From contig CAWCPV010000014.1 in the NCBI GenBank assembly GCA_963797555.1, positions 160,001-224,000 of the forward strand: 64,000 nucleotides of DNA, in the 5' to 3' direction. The DNA comes from an uncultured Gammaproteobacteria bacterium. GTDB taxonomy: Bacteria; Pseudomonadota; Gammaproteobacteria; CAWCPV01. Of the stretch, positions 57,150 to 64,000 are shown piece after piece. The notes under the pieces are model-generated. The model was not told where the DNA came from. It searched no databases and saw nothing but the letters and a program-made list of their open reading frames with translations. The translations under genes and the position numbers were made by a program. Each line of letters opens with the position of its first letter. Position 1 is the first letter of the stretch.

Positions 57150-58190
57150 GTGGGGGGCGACGCGTTGTCGAGAAAGACCATCGTCATCGCCCACCGGGGC
57201 GCCAGCGGCTATCTGCCGGAGCACACACTGGCTTCGTATGCGGTTGCCATCCTGCAGGGCGCGGACTACGTGGAGCCCGACCTGGTGATCACCCGGGACG
57301 GGCAACTCATCGCACGCCACGACAACATCCTCAACCTGACCACCGACGTGGGGTCTCGGCCGGAGTTCGCCGCGCGCCGCACCAGCAAGCTCGTCGATGG
57401 GACAGCCGCGACCGGCTGGTTCAGCGAGGACTTCACTCTGGAGGAGATCAAGAGGGTGCGGGCCGTGGAGCGCATTCCCGACCTACGGCCCGCCAACAGC
57501 CGTTTCGACGGCCAGTTCGAGGTGCCGACCCTGCAGGAGGTCATCGACTTGGTGAAGGCTATGGAACGAGTCACCGGGCGCGCGATAGGCATCTACCCGG
57601 AGACCAAGCACCCGACCTACTTCGAGCGCATCGGCCTGCCGCTGGAGGAGCGTTTGGTTGGCATCCTACACGCCAACGGCTATGCGGGGCGCCAAGCCCG
57701 AGTCTTCATTCAGTCCTTCGAGGTCGGCAACCTCAGGCGCCTGCGGGCGCTGACCGACCTGCCGCTCATCCAGCTCCTCGCCAGGGACGGCCGGCCCTAC
57801 GACATGGAGGCGGCCGGCGGCACCGGCGGGTACCAGCAGATGGCGACTGCCCGCGGTCTAGCGGAGATCGCGGCCTACGCGGACGGCGTCGGTCCCGACA
57901 AGCGTCTGATCATTCCCCTCGACGCGGACGGCAACGTGGATGCGGGCCGCACCACCGCGTTCGTGGCAGACGCACACGGCGTGGGCTTGCAGGTCCATCC
58001 CTACACCTTCCGCGCCGAAAACGTCTTCCTGCCCAGGAGCTTGCGGCGTGGGGCAGGCGCCCCGAGCGACCTCGGCAATCTGCCGCGCGAGCTGGACGCC
58101 TTCCTCGGCGCGGGAATCGACGGGTTCTTCGTAGACCAGCCCGACATCGGCGTCCGGGTTCGGGACCGGTTCGTTGCCGGCGGCTTCTAG
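57150..58190 (+). CDS. glpQ: Glycerophosphodiester phosphodiesterase
   Basis: IAHRGASGYLPEHTL; EPDLVITRDG; YPETKHP; IQSFE; HPYTFRAEN. Confidence 0.93.
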   Translation: MGGDALSRKTIVIAHRGASGYLPEHTLASYAVAILQGADYVEPDLVITRDGQLIARHDNILNLTTDVGSRPEFAARRTSKLVDGTAATGWFSEDFTLEEIKRVRAVERIPDLRPANSRFDGQFEVPTLQEVIDLVKAMERVTGRAIGIYPETKHPTYFERIGLPLEERLVGILHANGYAGRQARVFIQSFEVGNLRRLRALTDLPLIQLLARDGRPYDMEAAGGTGGYQQMATARGLAEIAAYADGVGPDKRLIIPLDADGNVDAGRTTAFVADAHGVGLQVHPYTFRAENVFLPRSLRRGAGAPSDLGNLPRELDAFLGAGIDGFFVDQPDIGVRVRDRFVAGGF

Positions 58191-58313
58191 ACCGCCCGGC
58201 GCGCCAGGCGTATGTTTGGGGCGGCTCCCGGCGCGGCGGGAGCCAGGATCAGGTCTGCCGTTTCAGGCCCGCGCGTTCCATAACAGCCTCAGAGCCCGGA
58301 GCGAGCGCCTTCT

Positions 58314-59657
58314 ATGGCTGACATCCTCGTCGTGGGGGCCGGGATCTCCGGCCTCGCCACTGCCTTATTCCTGCGGGAGCAGCGGCACCAGGTGCGGGTT
58401 CTGGAGCGAGCCGACCGTGTGGGCGGCACCATCCGCAGCCTTGCGGACAGCGGCTTCCTCGTGGATGCGGGGCCAAACTCGACACTGGACCGCGGGGCAG
58501 CGCTGGCCTCTCTGGTCGCCGCCCTCGGGCTGCAGGGGGAAGTTCTGGAGGCCAACCCGGCGGCGAAGCGGCGCTACGTGGCGAAGAATGGACGGCCGGT
58601 GGCCATGCCGGCAGGCGCGGTCGATTTTCTGAAAACGCCGTTGTTCAGTGTGGCGGGCAAGCTGCGCCTTCTGCTCGAGCCCTTCGCGCGCCGCTCCCGC
58701 CGAGAGGAGTCCATCGCCCAGTTCGTCAGGCGCCGGCTGGGCCGCGAGTTCCTGGACTGGGCCATCGACCCCTTCGTCTCGGGGGTGTATGCCGGCGACC
58801 CGGAGCGCCTGTCCGTGCGCGCGGCGACAGCGAAGATATACGCCTTGGAGTCGAAGTACGGCTCCTTGTTCATCGGCAGTCTCATGCGCCGGTTGAAAGG
58901 CAGGCCCACCGGTCCAGCGCCAAAGGGGCGGCTGATCTCGTTTTCGCGCGGCATGCATGCGTTGCCCCAGGCGTTGGCCGAGTCTCTGGGAGACGCGGTA
59001 ACGGCGGGAGCGGACGTGACCAGCATCTGTCGCCGAGCAGACGGGCGCTGGGAGGCGGTGAGTGCCGGCCCGCCCTATGCCGCGGATAGGCTGGTGTTGT
59101 GCGTGCCGGCCTACGTCTGCGCCGATCTGCTGCGCCCCTCGAACGCTGCTGCGGCGGATGCCTTGGCTGCCATCCCCTACGCGGCGATCGCCTCGGTGGC
59201 GCTCGGGTTCCGCCGCGCCAACGTCCAGCACCCGCTGGACGGGTTCGGAATGCTCATCCCGCACCGGGTCGGGATCGAGACGCTGGGGGTCCTGTTCTCC
59301 TCCACCCTGTTTCCCGGCCGTGCCCCGGGCGGGCACGTCCTGCTCACCGCCTTCCTGGGCGGGGCGCGGAACCCGGGGGTGGCCGACCGCGATGAGGGGA
59401 GCTTGGTCGCCCGAGTGGTGGAGGACCTCACGCCGTTCCTCGGCCTCCGCGGCCAGGCGGTCTTCCAGCACGTGACCCGCTGGCCCCGCGCAATCCCACA
59501 GTACAACCTCGGCCACCTGGACCGGCTGCAGCGCATCGACGCCGCGTTGGAGCAGTTGCCCGGTCTTTATCTGCGCGCCAACTGGAGGGACGGCACCTCG
59601 CTCGCGGACTGTGTCGCGAACGCCAGGGCTCTGGCCGAGCGCATCGGATCGGCTTGA
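58314..59657 (+). CDS. hemY: Protoporphyrinogen oxidase (HemY type)
   Basis: GAGISGL; DAGPNS; DPFVSGVYAGD; GFGMLIP; WPRAIPQY. Confidence 0.93.
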   Translation: MADILVVGAGISGLATALFLREQRHQVRVLERADRVGGTIRSLADSGFLVDAGPNSTLDRGAALASLVAALGLQGEVLEANPAAKRRYVAKNGRPVAMPAGAVDFLKTPLFSVAGKLRLLLEPFARRSRREESIAQFVRRRLGREFLDWAIDPFVSGVYAGDPERLSVRAATAKIYALESKYGSLFIGSLMRRLKGRPTGPAPKGRLISFSRGMHALPQALAESLGDAVTAGADVTSICRRADGRWEAVSAGPPYAADRLVLCVPAYVCADLLRPSNAAAADALAAIPYAAIASVALGFRRANVQHPLDGFGMLIPHRVGIETLGVLFSSTLFPGRAPGGHVLLTAFLGGARNPGVADRDEGSLVARVVEDLTPFLGLRGQAVFQHVTRWPRAIPQYNLGHLDRLQRIDAALEQLPGLYLRANWRDGTSLADCVANARALAERIGSA

Positions 59658-59702
59658 GACGGAAGACGGCCGCCGCCGCAGACCGCTACGCGGGAGAGTG
59701 CC

Positions 59703-60023
59703 ATGAGCAAGGTCGCCAACCTGCTCGAAAATGTGCCCAGGGGGCTTCCTGAAGAGGTTTTCGGCGTGCTCGCCCAGGGACCGGGGACCCGCATCGAGCG
59801 TATCGTGTCCCACGGGCATGCGTCGCCGCCGGGCTTCTGGCACGACCAGGAGACCCGCGAGTGGGTGATGGTCGTGCAGGGCAGGGCAGTCCTGGAGTTC
59901 GATCCCGGCGAGCGCATCGAGATGCGCCCTGGGGACTGGATGGATATACCGGCGCACCGGCGTCACCGGGTCGCCTGGACGACCCCAGACGAGCCCACGG
60001 TGTGGGTCGCCGTGCACTATTGA
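59703..60023 (+). CDS. Cupin-domain protein
   Basis: IERIVSHGHASPPGFWHDQ..EWV; IPAHRRHRVAWT. Confidence 0.88.
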   Translation: MSKVANLLENVPRGLPEEVFGVLAQGPGTRIERIVSHGHASPPGFWHDQETREWVMVVQGRAVLEFDPGERIEMRPGDWMDIPAHRRHRVAWTTPDEPTVWVAVHY

Positions 60024-60074
60024 AGGTATTGAAGGGAGCGGTTCGCGGCCGGCGCTGGCGGAAATCGCGGCCGG

Positions 60075-60383
60075 CTACGCCCGGCCGACGTTGGTATCGT
60101 GTGGGGAGTGGTAGTAATCGCTATCCTCGGCGAAGCGCTTGGCCTCTTCCACGAGTTTGCGCAACCGTTGCTCCGCAGTGATCACCTCGCCGCAGGACTC
60201 GCAGAACGGGTCCCCGCACGGCTGCCGCGAGTAGAGCCAGAATTGCACCGCGCCGGCCAGCAGCCCGGAGGCGACGTCCCATGCGTCCGCCTCTTTGTCC
60301 TCTTCGAGGAGACGGTTGCCCAGCTCGACGGCGCGTTGGGCAGCCTGGTCGAATGGAGTGAGGTCTTGGTCCCGGGAGGCCAT
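60075..60383 (-). CDS. Conserved-looking hypothetical protein with Cys motif
   Basis: QFWLYSRQPCGDPFCESC..SDYYHSP. Confidence 0.75.
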   Translation of the reverse strand: MASRDQDLTPFDQAAQRAVELGNRLLEEDKEADAWDVASGLLAGAVQFWLYSRQPCGDPFCESCGEVITAEQRLRKLVEEAKRFAEDSDYYHSPHDTNVGRA

Positions 60384-60563
60384 CGGTTTTTCCCACGAGG
60401 CCGCGCGATTGCGGCGGATTTTCTACATTGTACTGCGCTGTCCACCTGAGCCCAACTACGGCGTGTATGGATTACCCGAGAGCGTGTGAACGAAGCTGCT
60501 GCGCAAGCTCTGAGGGACGCAACGGCCGCGCGGCTGGCAGAGTCGTTGCAGCCGTGAAGCTCG

Positions 60564-60878
60564 CTAAAAGATGGCTCCCAAGGTCGCGCCGACGACCCGG
60601 AACGGGAATGCGATGACGGCGCCTCCCAGGTTCACGGCGCTCCCTACGATCCCGGTCGGGCGATCCTCTTGGGTCGTGGTGGTCACGGTGGTCTCGCGCT
60701 GGGCCGGAGCTGCGCCCTGGTAGCCCGACTCCGCGCCATCGGGGACAGCGGCCGCTGGCTGGGTGACCGTTTCTGTCTTTACCACGGTCGTGGAGGTGCC
60801 GGCGCAGCCGAGCAGCCCGGCGAGCAACATGGTGGTGATGAACGCTGAACCGGCAAGTTTTCTTATAGACGCACGCAT
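60564..60878 (-). CDS. Small Thr-rich lipoprotein
   Basis: Lipobox LLGC, RBS gaggag, hydrophobic C-terminal helix. Confidence 0.65.
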   Translation of the reverse strand: MRASIRKLAGSAFITTMLLAGLLGCAGTSTTVVKTETVTQPAAAVPDGAESGYQGAAPAQRETTVTTTTQEDRPTGIVGSAVNLGGAVIAFPFRVVGATLGAIF

Positions 60879-61263
60879 AATCTTCTCCTCGGAGGCTGTC
60901 CCCTCCGGCGTGACCGTGAGCCGCCTGGCCGTGGCCAGATGGCGGACCCTCGTTGCGAATGACTCGCAGTGCCGGCTCAAGTATAGCTCAGCCTCGGGGG
61001 GGTAGACGGCCAACCGAAGGGGGCGGCTTCGACGCCGTGAGGGAGTACGCGCCGATCAGGGGACAACTGCAGCGCAGGTCGAGGGGCTGGAGGCGGAGGT
61101 TTTCCTGTCCTTTGACCCCACGCTTTCTGCTGAAGGTTTATCGGGGAATACACCAGTGCCTAAAGGCTCGCGATCGCGGGCCGGCTGGCCGCAGTTCGGC
61201 GCTGACCTTGGCAAGTCACGCGGCGAGCGGCATCATTGACGCTGGCGGATGGGGGAAGGGGTG

Positions 61264-63638
61264 ATGGACCGGCAAGGGCGCAAGCGCGCAAGAGTATTCC
61301 TGAGCTACAGCCACAAGGACGAGAAGCCCTACCTCGAAGAGACTCCGGCCCTATCTCAAGTCGCTCGCCGACCGCGGAATCATCGACCTCTGGAGTGATC
61401 ATCGGATCGCCCCGAGCGAGCGCTGGCACGATGAGATCCAGTCCGCCATCGAGTCGGCGGCGGTCGCGGTGCTCCTCGTCTCGCAGGATTTTCTCGCCTC
61501 CGACTACATCCGTCAGTACGAGGTGCCGCCGCTCCTGCGGGCGCGGGAGCAGGAGGGTGTCCCGGTCGCCTGCCTGTTCGTCAAGCCCTCCCTGGTGAAA
61601 CATGAGGGCATGGTCTTCCACGCGGGTTCTGGGGGAAAGGCGGTCAGGCTCACGGAGTATCAGGGCCTGAACAGCCCCGACCGGCCGCTCTCGGGAATGG
61701 ATGACAACGAGCGGGCGAAGGCTTACGTGGCGGCGGCGGAGTGGATCGGCAAGCTGGTTGCGCAGCCCGCCCCGCAGGCCGAGTTCCGGCAGCCGCCCCC
61801 GGAGGAGCGGCGGGATCTCCAGGTTCGCCTGGAAGTGAGGCGCGGCTATCTGGAAAGGCTCTACTTCTGCGCCGGAGCCAAGATCACCGAGTACCGCTCA
61901 CCTTGGCCGCCCCTTCGGGATCGGCTCGTCGAGTGGGCAAACCGCGGTCCCCATGCCTTGCGAACGGGCCTGACGGAGGCGCTGTTCCAGGGACTGTTCG
62001 GCGACGATCGAGGCGCCGAGACGGTTCTGTCGGCAACCTTCGAGTCCGGCCCGGGCCTCGTGCCGCGCCCGATCCTGCATCCGGTCAGGGTGCGCATCGC
62101 GACCGACGAGCCGGCGCTGAATATCCCTGCCGTGGCACCACACCGCGTGGGCGGGCGAACGGCTCTGGAACAGTGCCGGGTGGACCTTCGAGCTGACGGC
62201 GTCCGGCCCGGAGGCGGAAGCCACCGGGCCTTCGGATGTCTTGCTCAAGGCGCCGTGCCCGGTGCTGCTCGTGGCTTTGAGCGCCGGGAACGAAGGCGCG
62301 CCTGCTCTGGATACTCACTTCCGGGCCGTAGAAGAGATCCTGCATCGGGCCTGGCCGGCTTACACCGAGCCGCCGCGCGTGGCCCGCGACGCCCGGACGG
62401 TCGAGCACGCCTTCCGCGAGCGAAGGCCACGCATTGTCTGCTGCTTCGGCGAGCATCTCGATCTGGACGGGCGGGCGCTCGCCGAGCTGCTGCGCGTGTC
62501 CTGGGGCGCGCAGCCGCCCCAGATTCTCCTTCTCAGCCTGGTGGGAGACCGTCTGAGCCAGGCGGCCGAGGCTCTGGCCGGGCTGCATCCGGAGGTTCCG
62601 CTGATTGCCCTGCAGTGCTCACCGGATGCGGCCGAGCTGCAGGCCTCGGCCCTGGACTGGCTGCACACGCTGCTGGAGGGCGGAGAGGACGCCGACCCGG
62701 TCTGCGCCTTGCACGAGTTCGGCGTCGAGCGGGCGGTGGTGTGGGGCGCTTACGGGCGCTGGCGCACCCGCACCGCCGGCGAACCGCCACGGGAGAAGCT
62801 CGCCCACTTGCTCCTCGACCGAAGGCTGCAGCGCGCGATGGTTCGCAGCGCTCTCGACGAGCTGGTGCACGAGGGCGACCGGCGCCTGTGCTGTCTGCTC
62901 GGCTACGGCGCCGAGGGAAACCTGGTCGACCGTCTGGGGGCGCAGCTCTTCGAGCACCTGCGTCGCACCGCCCAGGACGTGGCCCACGTCAGCCGGCTCA
63001 CGCTGAGCCTGCCCGAGGGGAAGCAGTTCGATGCCGGCACCGTGGAGGCTCAGGTGCGCCGGGATCTCGGCCTCGGCCCCCGCACCTCTCTGGGGGAAGC
63101 CCTGCGCGACCGGCGGCCCCGCATCCCCCACGGCAAGCGGCCCGTGTTGCTCCTCGACTGGGGGGTGCGCGGCGATGCCCGAGGTGCACTCGCGACGGGG
63201 GGCGTCACGGCATGGCTCGAGTTCTGCGCCGGTCCGTTGTGCGCCGAGTGCCCTCCGGATTTGCGGCTGCTGTCGTTGCTGTCCATCGAAAGCGCCAGCG
63301 AGAAACATGACCTCATCAAGGCCCTGGTCAACGGACTGCGGGGCGAGCCGCGCTTCCGGGACCGGGCGTTTCGTGTGGAGCTGCTCGAGCCCTTGGACCG
63401 GGTGTGGCCCAACGATCTCGCCGATTTTCTCGACGGTCGCGGCAACTCCTCCTGTCCGGACGATCTGCTCTCGGTCATGCCCGACCTCATCGTCGGCGAC
63501 ACTGGCGGCCACTTCGAGCGGACCCTGGCGCGCATCGAGGAGGCGGAGCGGCGAGGCTGGTACGATCTGTACGACGCGCTCCGCGGGCGGGAGCCGGTCC
63601 CGGCGAAGGTTACTGTCCAGGAAGAGGGCACGCTCTGA
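61264..63638 (+). CDS. TIR + CHAT-like + inactive STAND (iSTAND)-like protein (frameshifts ~61342, ~62125)
   Basis: VFLSYSHKD..WSDHRI..LLVSQDFLASDYIRQYEVP; LPWH; LLDRRLQ..LEPLDRVWPNDLADFL. Confidence 0.75.
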
Positions 63639-63676
63639 TCGGGGTCTGGAAAGGTTAGCCAACGAGAGAGGGCGAG

Positions 63677-64000
63677 ATGGCAGATTTTCACTTGGTGCGT
63701 CGCGACGTGGATCCCATGCGCCACGATTCCGCGGCGGCCCGCTCCAGGCTCGGCGCGCGCGTGCTGCCGAAGGCCGTCACCGATTTCGGCGCCTCGGCCC
63801 CCTATTTCCAGCTCGACCTCGGGCTGGAGACGGCCATCAACATGGCGCTCGCGGTGGGGGCGCCGCTGCTACTCACCGGCGAGCCCGGCACCGGGAAGAC
63901 CCAGGTCGCCTTCTTTCTCGGCTGGTACTTCGACATCCGGGTGTTCGCGTACCAGGTGCGTTCCACCTCGACCTCCGAAGATCTCAAGTACGACTTCGAC
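63677..64000 (+). CDS. MoxR-family AAA+ ATPase (truncated by window end)
   Basis: AINMALAVGAPLLLTGEPGTGKT..VRSTSTSEDLKYDFD. Confidence 0.9.
   Translation, partial: MADFHLVRRDVDPMRHDSAAARSRLGARVLPKAVTDFGASAPYFQLDLGLETAINMALAVGAPLLLTGEPGTGKTQVAFFLGWYFDIRVFAYQVRSTSTSEDLKYDFD

Noticed and set aside
61095-61113. Third oriIS-like end (ttttcctgtcctt)
   Set aside because: Only a short match, without the upstream promoter layout.

Overview
High-GC window, probably from a gammaproteobacterium (inferred from the System I ccm operon). It has four zones. (1) 1-16 kb is a decayed mobile-DNA mosaic: an IS1634 inserted into a thermonuclease gene, IS91/ISCR-type ends, a tyrosine recombinase + IS91-transposase element, IS256 and IS1634 remnants, recurring short palindromic sites, and cargo genes (HTH-HNH-helicase operon, ARPP-1 protein, chloroperoxidase, CDGSH protein). 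(2) 16-47.3 kb is core metabolism: ccmA-I, a 13-gene Mrp/complex-I-like operon with the signature of MBS/MBX sulfane reductase (no NiFe motifs, NuoI fused to a GltD-like flavoprotein), rubrerythrin, fbaB, pfk, ppsA, a GltD-like protein, nifJ and a DHOD-like gene. (3) 47.4-57 kb is a defence-like island: an hsdR remnant, a TIGR04255-X-HNH operon, and a wHTH / P-loop ATPase / PD-(D/E)XK-FtsK operon. (4) 57-64 kb holds glpQ, hemG, a cupin and the start of a TIR-iSTAND + MoxR conflict system. Many single-base frameshifts, including in ppsA, suggest sequencing indel errors, so pseudogene calls are tentative. All assignments come from motif recognition by eye; no searches were run.
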